A DNA stretch of 64,000 bases from Myxococcota bacterium (GCA_963674735.2 CAXXQS010000002.1:864001-928000); one strand, 5' to 3'. Positions 18,063 through 28,175 are shown, counted from the first letter of the stretch. Notes: generated from the letters alone by a model not told the origin. Program-made: numbers and translations.

Positions 18063-18180
18063 GCCTCACGTTCCTTTCTAGCTCCCGGCGCCTCCGCCGG
18101 AGGTGTAACGGCCGTTACGGCCATGTCGACCCGTGCTCACACGAACCGCGAACGGCACTCGGCCGTCGACGTCAACCGCG

Positions 18181-19026
18181 TCAATAGCGGTCGCCTTTTG
18201 TTTTCAAGCGTCGCAAAGCTTCGCGTTGTTTCTGAATGCTGAATCCGATCACGCGTTCACGGTCGGACTCGCGGATATTCGTGAATTTGCAAGCGATTCC
18301 ATAGCGAGGTTCGTTGAGCTCCGGATCTATCTCTTTATCCACACGCACCACCTCGGCGACGGCATGCAGTTGCACGGGACGCCGCAGAGGCAGACGAATA
18401 CGCAAGCTAAGCTTGGCGCCGAGATCGTAGGCGGCATCGTCGAAAAACAACAGACCCGAGCCACTGATGGAAACCTTGCGCCGCGCCATACTGCCGCTAC
18501 GCGTGCGATCGATCAGCTGCTTGGTCAAAATCGACACCGCCTCCAGCTTGCGATCCAAAGCCTGGACCGCCTGAATCAGATAGAGCACCGCCTCGCTCGC
18601 TTCTTCCGAACGGGCCAGCGACTTCATCTGCAAATGCGTCATCTCGGGCAAAGGCTCCCCGAAATCCGGGTCGACCATTTCCTCCAGACCCACCTCGGCC
18701 ATGCCGTCTTCCAGCACCTCGTGCGACATTTCCAACCAGGCGAAAACACGCACAAACTCACGCATTTCTTCTTCGCCGAGCTGCTTGATCTGTAAAACGC
18801 CCGAGGGCAGGACTTGTTCGACGGCGGCGGTCATCAGGGTCTCGTTGCTGGTGAGATCGCGTAAATCGACAATCACACGTTCGCCTTGACGCCCTTTAAG
18901 CATGCTGGAATCACCACTGGCCAGCTTGACCTGCAGCGGGGAAACCGAGACGACCTGCGACGCCAACTCGATACGGTTATGACCGGAGCTGTAGCATACT
19001 TTGATTTCGTTTCCCTTTTCGAGCAT
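18181..19026 (-). CDS. PilZ-domain (YcgR/MotI-like) c-di-GMP receptor
   Basis: REFVR (RxxxR), SISGSG (variant D/NxSxxG), AEVVRV, DRERVIGF..QKQREALR; start uncertain (ATG 19026 or TTG 19077). Confidence 0.8.
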   Translation of the reverse strand: MLEKGNEIKVCYSSGHNRIELASQVVSVSPLQVKLASGDSSMLKGRQGERVIVDLRDLTSNETLMTAAVEQVLPSGVLQIKQLGEEEMREFVRVFAWLEMSHEVLEDGMAEVGLEEMVDPDFGEPLPEMTHLQMKSLARSEEASEAVLYLIQAVQALDRKLEAVSILTKQLIDRTRSGSMARRKVSISGSGLLFFDDAAYDLGAKLSLRIRLPLRRPVQLHAVAEVVRVDKEIDPELNEPRYGIACKFTNIRESDRERVIGFSIQKQREALRRLKTKGDRY

Positions 19027-19122
19027 CGGCTGCGTTTCTCCTGGCTTCCCGTTGACCGACTCAAGCGCCAAACTCAAAGACCGCCATCATTTGACGGTAA
19101 GTCGCGCCGCTGCTTAAGTACT

Positions 19123-19139
19123 TGCAACGGTGGTGCCAA
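19123..19139 (-). promoter_or_regulatory. sigma54 promoter for pilZ-csrA-fliW-GT
   Basis: TTGGCAC-CACCG-TTGCA, GG-N10-GC spacing. Confidence 0.8.
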
Positions 19140-19173
19140 TTGTAAAAGCCCAAAACAACACCCGACACACCAT

Positions 19174-19205
19174 AAAAAAAAACAGGCCGGAATTTTCCGG
19201 CCTGT
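19174..19205 (-). terminator. Intrinsic terminator after flgL
   Basis: Minus strand ACAGGCCGGAA-AA-TTCCGGCCTGT followed by T run. Confidence 0.85.
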
Positions 19206-19238
19206 CGGTCGTAGTGTTCTGTTATTACTAGCGAATCA

Positions 19239-20129
19239 TCACCTCAGGTAATCCAGCAGGCTTCTGGACAGCAAGTCCGAATTAACCTGCAGCGACGCAT
19301 TGAGGGCGTATTCCTGGGCCTGATACTCGGTGATCGCCGTCACATAGTCGGCATCTTCAAAATTTTGACGCTTTTCCACCAGACTGAGCTTGAGGTTTTC
19401 AAGCGTGTATTCCGCCGACTGCAAGGTGCTCAGTCCAACCCCGACACGCATCTGCTCTTGAATCACCTGTTCGATGGCCTGGGCGACCCCGTCGAGGTTT
19501 TCCAACGCCGCTTCCTGGGGGTTGGTCTCCAGCATGGTGCGGATATTCGCAATCACTTCGAAGACGTTGACGCCGCCGTCGACGCCGACACCGGCAAACG
19601 CCCGTTCACCGGTGATATTGGCATCCATATTGACATTCGGCAGCATCTCGACTTGGTTTTCCAGAGAATCACCCTGATAGATGCCCAAATCGTCGAAAGC
19701 CGGTTGATCGGCGCGGCCACCGGCGAAGATATACTGGCCCGAGTCCTGCGCATTCACCACCGCCTGAAGCTGTTCTTCCGTGTGTTTCAGTTCGTTGAGC
19801 AGTTCCTCGCGCGCATCGTCCACATTGACCGGGTTGGAAAGGGCGACCATCACGGATTTCAGGTTGGTCAGCAGATCGTAGGCCTCGTTGAACTGCTCTT
19901 CATACAGACTGTAGCGGGCCGTCAGGTGGGCTTGATTGCTGGTGTACTGATCGAGGTTCGCCTCTTCGGTGGCATTGCGCATCGACCGCTGCAGGGTGAG
20001 CGGGTCGTCCGCCATGTCATTCACTTTTTTCCCCGACGACACAACCATACTGGCATCCGCCAGCCTCTTTCGGCTCTGCTGAACCTGGCGTTGCATCAGG
20101 GTGTAATATACTTTATCGGCAACTCTCAT
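19239..20129 (-). CDS. flgL: Hook-filament junction protein FlgL
   Basis: MRV, SSGKKV..MADDP, GQYIFAG, YQGDS, EDADY, SLLDYLR. Confidence 0.93.
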   Translation of the reverse strand: MRVADKVYYTLMQRQVQQSRKRLADASMVVSSGKKVNDMADDPLTLQRSMRNATEEANLDQYTSNQAHLTARYSLYEEQFNEAYDLLTNLKSVMVALSNPVNVDDAREELLNELKHTEEQLQAVVNAQDSGQYIFAGGRADQPAFDDLGIYQGDSLENQVEMLPNVNMDANITGERAFAGVGVDGGVNVFEVIANIRTMLETNPQEAALENLDGVAQAIEQVIQEQMRVGVGLSTLQSAEYTLENLKLSLVEKRQNFEDADYVTAITEYQAQEYALNASLQVNSDLLSRSLLDYLR

Positions 20130-20144
20130 GACCGCCTCCTGCGC

Positions 20145-21542
20145 CTATTGTTTAAGCGCCAAAATCTGCTGAAGCATCTCGTCCACGGTGTTCATGATCT
20201 TGGCCGAGGCTTCGAAGGCACGCTGGAACTGAATCAGCGAAACCATCTCCTCGTCGATCGACACACCGGACACCGAGGCCTGGTAGGCTTCGGCTTGATC
20301 CGTCACCATGGTCTGGATCTCCAGGTCTTGTTCCAAATCGGACAATTCACTGGAAACTTGACCCACCATGGCCGTATAATACCCGTGAAACGATGACCCG
20401 TTTACGGTATTGGAATCATTCATCAATTCGGCAATCGCCACCGCATTGCGGTTGTCACCGTGGGCGGCTGCGGCATCCTGAGCGGCCGCGATAAGCGATG
20501 GATTATCAAGGATTTCCTGGTTCACGGCCAGGCTTCCCGCCGCCCCGGCCACATCGGCCGGCATCACGAAAAAGTCACGGTCGGTGCTGCCGTCGAGCGC
20601 AAATCCGCCGCGATGCAGCAGGTTGACCTGCTCCGCCAGACTATAGGCCAGTTGGTCGAGCTGATCCTTGACTTCCTCGAGTTTGATATCACGCTCGTAG
20701 AGAACGCCCGACAGGCGACCACTGGCGTTTTCCGATGACAGCCGTTCGGTGATATCGATCCCCGTGCCCGACAGGGTGTTCAGTTCGATGCGCGTCAGAT
20801 TTCCCGCAACTGCGGTCAACTCGGCGGCGCGCGTGCCCTGAACGGCGATATGGTTGCCGATCATCAGGTTGATGTGGCCGTCGTTATCGGTGAAAGTGGT
20901 GACATCGGCCATTTCATAAAGCTGCTTGACCACCTGGTCGCGCCGGTCGCGCAATTCGGCATTGTCGGTGGCGCCGGTGGGATCGGCCATCACCGCGACT
21001 TTTTGATTGAGATCCGCCAGTTCGCCCATCAGCGTGTTGATCCGCTCGACCTCGGCTTCGATATCCTGGTTGAGATTACGCTGGATATTGACGACGCCGT
21101 TGTAGGCCTGATTGATTTTATCAGCCAAGGCTTCGCCCTGGGCAGCGACCATCTGGCGTTCGGCATTGCCGGATACGTTATTGGATAATTCCTTGAAAGA
21201 ATTGAAGAAATTCGTCAACGCGCTATTCACGCCCAAGTTATCGACCTCGGGCAGAACCGTTTCGAGCTGCTGCGCCACGAATTGGCGTCCAACCAGAAAT
21301 TCCTTGGTTCCCGCTTGCAGGTTGACCTGTTGAGTCAGGAAACCATCGTGCACGCGCCGCACCTGGGCCATACTGACACCCAGGCCGTAACCGGCCGCGA
21401 CGGCCGGACTGAGCGTGACTTGCTGACGCGAATAACCCGGCGTGTTGACGTTGGAGACGTTATTGCCGGTAATCTGGATCGCCTTCTGGTTGACCAGGAT
21501 GCCGGAACGCGCGGTATATAGGATGTCGTTTATGCCCGCCAT
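20145..21542 (-). CDS. flgK: Hook-associated protein FlgK
   Basis: TGNNVSNVNTPGYSRQ, LRDRRD, SVSGVSIDEEM..LIQFQRAFEASAK. Confidence 0.96.
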   Translation of the reverse strand: MAGINDILYTARSGILVNQKAIQITGNNVSNVNTPGYSRQQVTLSPAVAAGYGLGVSMAQVRRVHDGFLTQQVNLQAGTKEFLVGRQFVAQQLETVLPEVDNLGVNSALTNFFNSFKELSNNVSGNAERQMVAAQGEALADKINQAYNGVVNIQRNLNQDIEAEVERINTLMGELADLNQKVAVMADPTGATDNAELRDRRDQVVKQLYEMADVTTFTDNDGHINLMIGNHIAVQGTRAAELTAVAGNLTRIELNTLSGTGIDITERLSSENASGRLSGVLYERDIKLEEVKDQLDQLAYSLAEQVNLLHRGGFALDGSTDRDFFVMPADVAGAAGSLAVNQEILDNPSLIAAAQDAAAAHGDNRNAVAIAELMNDSNTVNGSSFHGYYTAMVGQVSSELSDLEQDLEIQTMVTDQAEAYQASVSGVSIDEEMVSLIQFQRAFEASAKIMNTVDEMLQQILALKQ

Positions 21543-21549
21543 AACGCCC

Positions 21550-22059
21550 TCAAGCCCGGTTATTCAGTGACGACAACTGGGCGATCTCTTGATTGATCAC
21601 TCCGGCTGCCGAATAGGTTTCCGCCGAGAAGAAACGACGCTTTAAAAAAGCCACCGAGCCCTTGACCGATTTGATCGAGAACTCAATCAGGTGACGATTG
21701 ATCACGGCCAACTGGCCGATCGCATCCACCACGGCCGTCAAACTGCTGTGAAGGTCGACAAAGGACTTGCCCAGTTCGCCTCCCAGCGCGGCCGCGATCT
21801 GCTTGAGCGTGGCGTTTTCATCCAGCTCTAAAACTTTGATCAACTCCCTTGAAAGCGTGGCGCGGCTGCTCTCCAGATAGTTCTGCTGCAAAACCAGCAG
21901 TTCCTTGCGCTTATTCAGTTCCAACAGCTGGTTGGGCTGAAAGCGCACGAGTAGCTCGCGCTCCTCCTGCATGATTTCCAACAGGTTATCGAATAAGGCG
22001 ATTTCCTGTTCGAGGACCACTTTGAGTTCAAATCCGAGTTTTGTTGCGTTTGCTTTCAT
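21550..22059 (-). CDS. flgN: Export chaperone FlgN
   Basis: Helical; between flgM and flgK; INRHLI and TYSAAG C-terminal motif. Confidence 0.8.
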   Translation of the reverse strand: MKANATKLGFELKVVLEQEIALFDNLLEIMQEERELLVRFQPNQLLELNKRKELLVLQQNYLESSRATLSRELIKVLELDENATLKQIAAALGGELGKSFVDLHSSLTAVVDAIGQLAVINRHLIEFSIKSVKGSVAFLKRRFFSAETYSAAGVINQEIAQLSSLNNRA

Positions 22060-22093
22060 TATTCACCGCCATGGCGTATACGCCGCACGGTGA

Positions 22094-22420
22094 TTACTCT
22101 TTGGAAAGGGCTGAGATGAAGGCGTCCTCGTCGATCATTTTGGACGCGACATCTTTTGCCGATGGCGAGTATTCACCTTTAGCGATCGCCTCTCTGAGGG
22201 CGGTAACCTTGTTCCGGTCGATTTCCGGAGTATCCGTGACAACATCGATGACTTTCGAGACTGCCGCGAGACGTACTGCTTCATTGGAAACGTCTACACG
22301 GTCGGCACGTGCCAAAGTCGAACTCTCAGCTCCGTCAGCCTTCTTATTGCTGCGTTCGGTACTGATCGCTTGGCGTTGCTGAACTTGACTGATCTTTTGT
22401 GACTTATCCGAGATTTCCAT
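22094..22420 (-). CDS. flgM: Anti-sigma28 factor FlgM
   Basis: DRVDVS, PEIDRNKVTALREAIAKGEY, VASKMI. Confidence 0.92.
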   Translation of the reverse strand: MEISDKSQKISQVQQRQAISTERSNKKADGAESSTLARADRVDVSNEAVRLAAVSKVIDVVTDTPEIDRNKVTALREAIAKGEYSPSAKDVASKMIDEDAFISALSKE

Positions 22421-22467
22421 CGCCGACCTCGCAGGTGTTGTGTTACTCAACTCCTCTCACCTGAAGG

Positions 22468-22494
22468 AGATCGGATTAAAACCCTAGGACTTTA
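22468..22494 (-). promoter_or_regulatory. sigma28 promoter of flgM-flgN-flgK-flgL
   Basis: TAAAGT..., TAAA-N15-TCCGATCT on minus strand. Confidence 0.72.
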
Positions 22495-22554
22495 CAGATT
22501 TTTCCATTTTTTTGACGGTCAATCGGCCAAGAGGCAAATAGGAGCGCCAAAAAA

Positions 22555-23388
22555 TCAACGGTCTACTGGAAAAGTCACCAAAGTTGCCGGATTTACTGGT
22601 TTTCCGCCCAATCTAATTTCAAAGTGCAAGTGAGGCCCCGTGGACCTCCCGGTATTGCCGGAATGGGCGATCGAGCGACCACGCCGCACCGAATCTCCCA
22701 CTTCAACATTGATCTCACTTAAATGGCCGTAGACGCTACGCATGTCTTTTCCATGGTCGATGATGACCACGTTTCCGTAACCGCTCTTTTTCCCGGCGAA
22801 GACCACTTCGCCGTCGGCCATGGCATGTACCCGCGTTCCGACCGGAACGGCGAGGTCGATTCCGTTATGCATGCGCAGTTGATCGTTGAACGGATCCTCC
22901 CGCATGCCGAACGGCGAAGAAATACGCCCCACCAGGGGAGCCGTGAAGGTCGGCCGATCGGGATCGGCTTCGCCGGGCGTGAGCTGCGGCAGCAGGCCGC
23001 TGGGCGACACCGGTGAAACCCGGCCGTCGTCCGGCGACAGCCCGAATTGATCCATAATCATTTCGGCCAACCCGAAGTTCTGTGTCTCCGCCATCAATTT
23101 GGAATATTCGCTATCCAACATGGAGCGATAGATCCCGCGCGACGGGCTTTCGGGATCACCGAACAGATCGCTCTCCTGCACGGTCTTGCGCATGGTTTCG
23201 ATCATCTTGGAAAGGAACATGGCCTCGAATTGCTCAGCCTGCTTGCGAATGCCCTGGGCCTGTTCCGACGACAGGGCTTCTCCACGCTCCACGGTCCGAG
23301 CCATACGCTGCAGACGGTCGATCAGACCGCTATCCTTGGCGTTTTCGCCTTGTTTCTGCAGAATATTTGGATCGAACGCGCTAATCAT
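22555..23388 (-). CDS. flgJ: FlgJ rod-binding domain fused to M23 metallo-endopeptidase
   Basis: QFEAMFLSKMIETMRKTV..YRSMLDSEY..GLAEMIMDQF then HNGID, YGHLS, GRSTGPHLHFE; directly after flgI. Confidence 0.85.
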   Translation of the reverse strand: MISAFDPNILQKQGENAKDSGLIDRLQRMARTVERGEALSSEQAQGIRKQAEQFEAMFLSKMIETMRKTVQESDLFGDPESPSRGIYRSMLDSEYSKLMAETQNFGLAEMIMDQFGLSPDDGRVSPVSPSGLLPQLTPGEADPDRPTFTAPLVGRISSPFGMREDPFNDQLRMHNGIDLAVPVGTRVHAMADGEVVFAGKKSGYGNVVIIDHGKDMRSVYGHLSEINVEVGDSVRRGRSIAHSGNTGRSTGPHLHFEIRLGGKPVNPATLVTFPVDR

Positions 23389-23397
23389 TTTCTTCCC

Positions 23398-24540
23398 TTA
23401 AAGTATTTCGATCTCGGCTTCCAACGCACCCGCCGCCTTGATCGCCTGCAAAATGTCGATCAGGTCGCGCGGAGAGACGCCGATGGCATTCAACGCCATC
23501 ACCACTTCACCCAGCGTCACCCCTTCGCGCACCACCGCCAGCTGACGTTTTTCCTCGACCGCCTGAACGGACGATTCGGGGGTGGTGGTCGTTTTGCCCT
23601 GCGAGAAAGGCGCCGGTTGCGAAACATTGAAGCTGTTGGAAATCTGTACCTTCAAGCTGCCGTGGGCGATCGCGATCGTGGAAATCCGCACGTCGGCACC
23701 CATAATAACGGTTCCCGTCCGCTCGTTCATCACCACCCGGGCCCGCCGATCGGTCGTGACGTTCAGGTTTTCCACCTGCGCCATGAAATCGACCACCCGC
23801 CCGTCGAATTCCCGAGGAACCCGCACCACCACCGCCCCGGCGTCACGCGCCTTGGCGAAGGGACCGGCTAAAAAGTCGTTGACCACCTGCGCCACTCGGG
23901 TAGCGGTGGTGAAATCCTGATGCAACAGCGACAGGACGACCTTGTCTTTCGCGTTCAAATCGACGTGTATTTCGCGCTCGATGATCGCCCCACCGGGAAT
24001 ACGCGCCACGGTGGGATGATTTTTCTGGACAGATGTTCCGCTGCCACCGGCGAAGGAATAGCCGCCGAGACTCAGAGACCCCTGCGCGATGGCGAAAATC
24101 TGGCCGTCGGTGCCGCGCAACGGGGTCATGAGCAGCGTTCCGCCCTGGAGACTCTTGGCATTACCGATACTGGCCACTTGGATATCCAGCGTATTACCGG
24201 CGCTGGCAAAGGGCGGCAGGGACGCGGTCACCACCACCGCCGCCACGTTACGCGCGCGGATGTCGGCCGGATTGACCCGGATCCCCATGCGCGACAACAT
24301 GGACGTCAACGACTGCACGGTGAAGAGAACCTTCTGATCGTCACCGCTTTTATTGAGACCCACCACCAGGCCGTAACCGATCAACTGGTTGGTGCGTACG
24401 CCCTGCACGTGCGTGATATCCTTGAGCCGCGCCGCATCGAGCGGAGCCGTCTGCAGTCCGAACAGCAGGACGAGCAGAAGCGGCACAAGGCGTAAGGCTA
24501 TGCGATTACAAGAGAATCGAGTTGTATGAGTCGTACGCAT
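23398..24540 (-). CDS. flgI: Flagellar P-ring protein FlgI
   Basis: RLKDI..GVRTNQLIGYGLVVGL, SLQGGTLLMTPL, ILQAIKAAGALEAE. Confidence 0.97.
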   Translation of the reverse strand: MRTTHTTRFSCNRIALRLVPLLLVLLFGLQTAPLDAARLKDITHVQGVRTNQLIGYGLVVGLNKSGDDQKVLFTVQSLTSMLSRMGIRVNPADIRARNVAAVVVTASLPPFASAGNTLDIQVASIGNAKSLQGGTLLMTPLRGTDGQIFAIAQGSLSLGGYSFAGGSGTSVQKNHPTVARIPGGAIIEREIHVDLNAKDKVVLSLLHQDFTTATRVAQVVNDFLAGPFAKARDAGAVVVRVPREFDGRVVDFMAQVENLNVTTDRRARVVMNERTGTVIMGADVRISTIAIAHGSLKVQISNSFNVSQPAPFSQGKTTTTPESSVQAVEEKRQLAVVREGVTLGEVVMALNAIGVSPRDLIDILQAIKAAGALEAEIEIL

Positions 24541-24550
24541 GCACCGTCTC

Positions 24551-25258
24551 CTAGAAAGGCCACACATAATCGAGGGCGCGGTTGGCCCAACCCGGCTCGG
24601 TTTTCTCCGAGACCGTGCCGCGACCGGTGAATTCGATCTGCGCCTCGGCGATCAGCCAGGACGAAATCGAGTTGTCCTTGCCGATGTCGTGGGGACGAAT
24701 CACGCCCGATACGTAGAAATGCGCCTCTTCGTTGTTGACCAGCACCACCCGGTGCCCTTCGATGAAAAGATTGCCGTTGGGCAGTTCCTTGCGAATCTGC
24801 GAGGGAACCGTCGCGATGACATTGCCCTGCCGGGTCGTCTGGCCGCCGCCGTCGAAATCGGCCGCATAGCCCGACTTGATCAGGTTGGCGCGGTCGAAGT
24901 TGGGATGGGAATCCTGAAAGGTCTTGAGCGTGCCCAGCAGGCTTTCGATCTGCGCCGAAATTTCGGAGTCCTTGACGAGTTTGGTCTGGGCCTGGTGATC
25001 GGCCGACGATTTTTCCTCGATGCGAACCACCACGATATCATTGATCTTCGAGGCGCGCGGATCGGAGAAAAGCCAGTTGTGGTTGCTGCGTTCCGACCAG
25101 ATCGACCCCTCGGTGCGGGGCTCTTCCATGGGAATTTCCTGCAACGATTGACGATAGTCGCGCGATTTCGGCTCGTAGGGCTTGATATGGTTGACACAGG
25201 CGGTCCCGAAGATCAACAACCCCAGAATCAGCACACTCAGTCTCGCAATGCGAATCAT
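24551..25258 (-). CDS. flgH: Flagellar L-ring lipoprotein FlgH
   Basis: Lipobox GTAC; GSIW, LFSDPRA, LPNGNLFIEG, SGVIRPHDI, PGW..ALDYVWPF. Confidence 0.95.
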   Translation of the reverse strand: MIRIARLSVLILGLLIFGTACVNHIKPYEPKSRDYRQSLQEIPMEEPRTEGSIWSERSNHNWLFSDPRASKINDIVVVRIEEKSSADHQAQTKLVKDSEISAQIESLLGTLKTFQDSHPNFDRANLIKSGYAADFDGGGQTTRQGNVIATVPSQIRKELPNGNLFIEGHRVVLVNNEEAHFYVSGVIRPHDIGKDNSISSWLIAEAQIEFTGRGTVSEKTEPGWANRALDYVWPF

Positions 25259-25268
25259 GGTATGCCTC

Positions 25269-26288
25269 CTAATAATCCATCGCGACCGTGCCGCTATCGA
25301 CGACACGACCGTAGACGATCTTGTTGGAACTGATATTGAGCACTTTGATCATTTGCTTACGCCGTCCTTTTTGCTGCGCAATACCTTTGGTTTCCACCTG
25401 CATATACGGGGTCGTCACCATCAGTTTCACCATCTGTCCGCGCTCGATCATCAGCGGGGCTTCCAGCTTCGCATCGGTGAGGACATCCCCCGGGTTCAGC
25501 AGGGTGGCGGCCGCCATCCCGATGACGTCGTTTTCGTCGGTCAGCACATCGCGCGACACTTCCGAAAGCACCACGTCTTTCAGCTGAATATCCGCAGCCC
25601 CGATGGTTTCACCGCGTTCCACCGTCCGCGTCACGCTGACGGCGAAGGCGCTGACACGCACATCGGCGGTGACATAGACATCCTGCACCGACCGATTACG
25701 CTGCATGACCGTCACCTTTCCGGTGGTGAGTCCACGGAAATCTTCGCCGGGCCTGAACTCGACATTCAAATGGGCGTCACCGCCGGGCACCAGCAGATCC
25801 TTGCGCACATTCATGCGCCCGATTTCCACGCGTTCGGCGGGCAAATTCGTTTGCAGACAAACGGCATCGGTGAAGAGCTCCCGCAACTGGTCGGTGGAAA
25901 TGCGCCGGGCATCGCGAACCACGTTCACGTTCTCGGGGATATTCCAGGAACCGCCGGCATTGTGAGCGGTCAACATTTTGCGGATAAAGCGCTGTGAAAA
26001 AGCGCGAGAGCGTCCGGGCTGCGGGGCGCGCGAGAGGAAGATACGTCCGACCCGTTCCAGGTCGTCGGGATTGAACCCTTTGATATCGGCGATATGCTTG
26101 AGCAGCACTTCCTCGTTTTGAACGGTGACCTCCGGTCGTACGGAAATCGATCCGACCACCGGTTGTTTGCGAGCCAGTTTAGGCACGACACCGACGGCCG
26201 CTTTGGCCACACGCACCTCATCGGCCGCCAGCGCCAGCTGGGCCATGGCCACGATCAGGAGCAGTAATAAAATCGGTACCCGTCGCAT
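25269..26288 (-). CDS. flgA: P-ring chaperone FlgA (long form)
   Basis: Signal peptide; SAF-like region; IERGQMV, G..GQMIKVLNISSNKIVYGRV. Confidence 0.88.
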   Translation of the reverse strand: MRRVPILLLLLIVAMAQLALAADEVRVAKAAVGVVPKLARKQPVVGSISVRPEVTVQNEEVLLKHIADIKGFNPDDLERVGRIFLSRAPQPGRSRAFSQRFIRKMLTAHNAGGSWNIPENVNVVRDARRISTDQLRELFTDAVCLQTNLPAERVEIGRMNVRKDLLVPGGDAHLNVEFRPGEDFRGLTTGKVTVMQRNRSVQDVYVTADVRVSAFAVSVTRTVERGETIGAADIQLKDVVLSEVSRDVLTDENDVIGMAAATLLNPGDVLTDAKLEAPLMIERGQMVKLMVTTPYMQVETKGIAQQKGRRKQMIKVLNISSNKIVYGRVVDSGTVAMDY

Positions 26289-26300
26289 CGTCAATCTCCG

Positions 26301-27086
26301 TCAGCGTAACTGGGTGATGCCTTGCAGCATCTTGTCGGCGGTCTGAATCACCTTGGAATTGAGCTCGTAGGCCCGCTGCCCGGTGATCATGTCGATCATT
26401 TCCTCTACTACCTGCACGTTGGAGGTTTCGAGAAAACCCTGAGCCAGAGTGCCGATGCCTTCTTGTCCCGGCTGCGCCTGCAAGGCCTGACCGGAACTGC
26501 TGGACGGCTTGTAATAGCCGCGTCCCATGGCCAGCAGACCCGCCGGATTGACGAAGGTCGCCAACTGAATGGTGCCGACTTCCTGGGCCTCGTTCTGCCC
26601 GGCAAGCTGCACGCTGACCGTCCCATCCTCACCGATGGTCACGGCGGTCGCATCGGCCGGAATGGTCAACGCCGGGTCCAGGATATATCCGTCGCCGGTG
26701 ACCACCTGGCCCTGACCGTCGGTCTTGAGGGAGCCGGACCGGGTATACAGGGTTTCACCGGTGGGGCTTTGCACCTGGAAGAAACCCGCGCCCTCGATGG
26801 CCAGATCGAGCGGATTCTGGGTGTTTTTGTACTGCCCTTGGCTGAAAATACGCTGGGTATCCACCGCCCGGGTTCCTTGACCGATCTGCAAGCCGGTGGG
26901 ACTTTCGAATCCGGCGGCTACCGAGGTTCCCGGCGCCCGTAGCGTTCGATAAAGCAAGTCCTGGAAATTACCGCGGCTTTTCTTGAAGCCGGTGGTATTG
27001 ACATTGGCCAGGTTGTTGGCGATGATGTCGATCAGAATCTGCTGAGCTTCCATACCGGTTGCGGCTGTGTTCAAAGCTCCGATCAT
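26301..27086 (-). CDS. flgG: Distal rod protein FlgG
   Basis: AATGMEAQQ..IANNLANVNTTGFKKSR..FQDLLY, LETSNVQVVEEM, QRAYELNSK. Confidence 0.97.
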   Translation of the reverse strand: MIGALNTAATGMEAQQILIDIIANNLANVNTTGFKKSRGNFQDLLYRTLRAPGTSVAAGFESPTGLQIGQGTRAVDTQRIFSQGQYKNTQNPLDLAIEGAGFFQVQSPTGETLYTRSGSLKTDGQGQVVTGDGYILDPALTIPADATAVTIGEDGTVSVQLAGQNEAQEVGTIQLATFVNPAGLLAMGRGYYKPSSSSGQALQAQPGQEGIGTLAQGFLETSNVQVVEEMIDMITGQRAYELNSKVIQTADKMLQGITQLR

Positions 27087-27124
27087 GTTGTTTCTCCTTT
27101 ATTCAAGCCGTTAACGGGCTGCGG

Positions 27125-27910
27125 CTACTGGCCTTGCGAGCCGACATCGTTGATGGATTTCTGTTCCAGTTCACGATAAGCCCGGATGGCGCGTTCCATG
27201 GCATCGAAATGACGATGCGTCTTGATCATTTTGGTCATCTCCCGGACGGCGTTGACATTGGACGTCTCGATACGGCCTTGGAAAATAGCCGTATCGGCCG
27301 CTTCCGTGGGCAGCTCATCCGGGTTGCTGTAACTAAACAGGCTGTGACCGGCCTTGGTGATTTTCTCTTTATCCGTCAAGTCCATCACCCCGAGACGCGC
27401 CACCTCGGTGTTACCCTGGGTGATCACACCATCTTCATCGACCTCAACCAGCCCTTTTTCAAGTTTGATCATCGATCCGGAGTCGTCGAGGACATAGCCG
27501 CCGGAGCTGTGCATCAACTCCCCTTCTTCATTAATATGAAAGCGGCCGTCGCGGCTGTAGAATTCTCTTTCCTGCAACTCGATGCGGAAAAAGCCCTCCC
27601 CTTCCAGCGCAATATCGAGGGAGTTTCCTGTTTTACGCAAGGGGCCCTGACTGAAATCGATCGTCTGGCCGATGATGTCCACCAGCACCTGGTCACGCTT
27701 AACAATGTTATGGTGCATGGCCTTGGGTTCGCGCAGCAGCACCCCACCTTGGGTCGCTCCGCGTCCGGCAGTCACCAAATGGTCGCCGAAACGCAGGTCA
27801 TCGGCTTTGAAACCGGCCGTTCCAATGTTGGCAAGGTTGTTCGCGATCAGATCGAGATACTGACTCTGCGCCTTCGCTCCGGCAACTGCTGCGTATATTC
27901 CGGATCCCAT
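27125..27910 (-). CDS. flgF: Proximal rod protein FlgF
   Basis: IANNLANIGTAGFK, DFSQGPLRKTGNSLDIALEGEGFF, ETSNVNAVREM; upstream of flgG. Confidence 0.9.
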   Translation of the reverse strand: MGSGIYAAVAGAKAQSQYLDLIANNLANIGTAGFKADDLRFGDHLVTAGRGATQGGVLLREPKAMHHNIVKRDQVLVDIIGQTIDFSQGPLRKTGNSLDIALEGEGFFRIELQEREFYSRDGRFHINEEGELMHSSGGYVLDDSGSMIKLEKGLVEVDEDGVITQGNTEVARLGVMDLTDKEKITKAGHSLFSYSNPDELPTEAADTAIFQGRIETSNVNAVREMTKMIKTHRHFDAMERAIRAYRELEQKSINDVGSQGQ

Positions 27911-27957
27911 CGGGTGCTCCTTTCATCCAACACATCCTCATCCGGCTGATAAATCAA

Positions 27958-27974
27958 AGCACGGGGCGTGCCAA
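27958..27974 (-). promoter_or_regulatory. sigma54 promoter of flgF operon
   Basis: TTGGCACG-CCCC-GTGCT, GG-N10-GC. Confidence 0.78.
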
Positions 27975-28175
27975 GTTTGCGAAAAACCCCTCAGCGACAG
28001 GAATCTGACAGCTCCCAACAAGCAACAAAACAGTCTAAATACAGGCGCAGTAGGGGTTTTTCACTCTTTCCGCTCCGAAGGCGAATTGTGAAAGCGGGAA
28101 ACAGGCAACCGCCCGTTTTCCAACGATCCCGTCAAAATGCCAGCATGCACCGTCCGGTAACGCCGCTGCGCGCTA

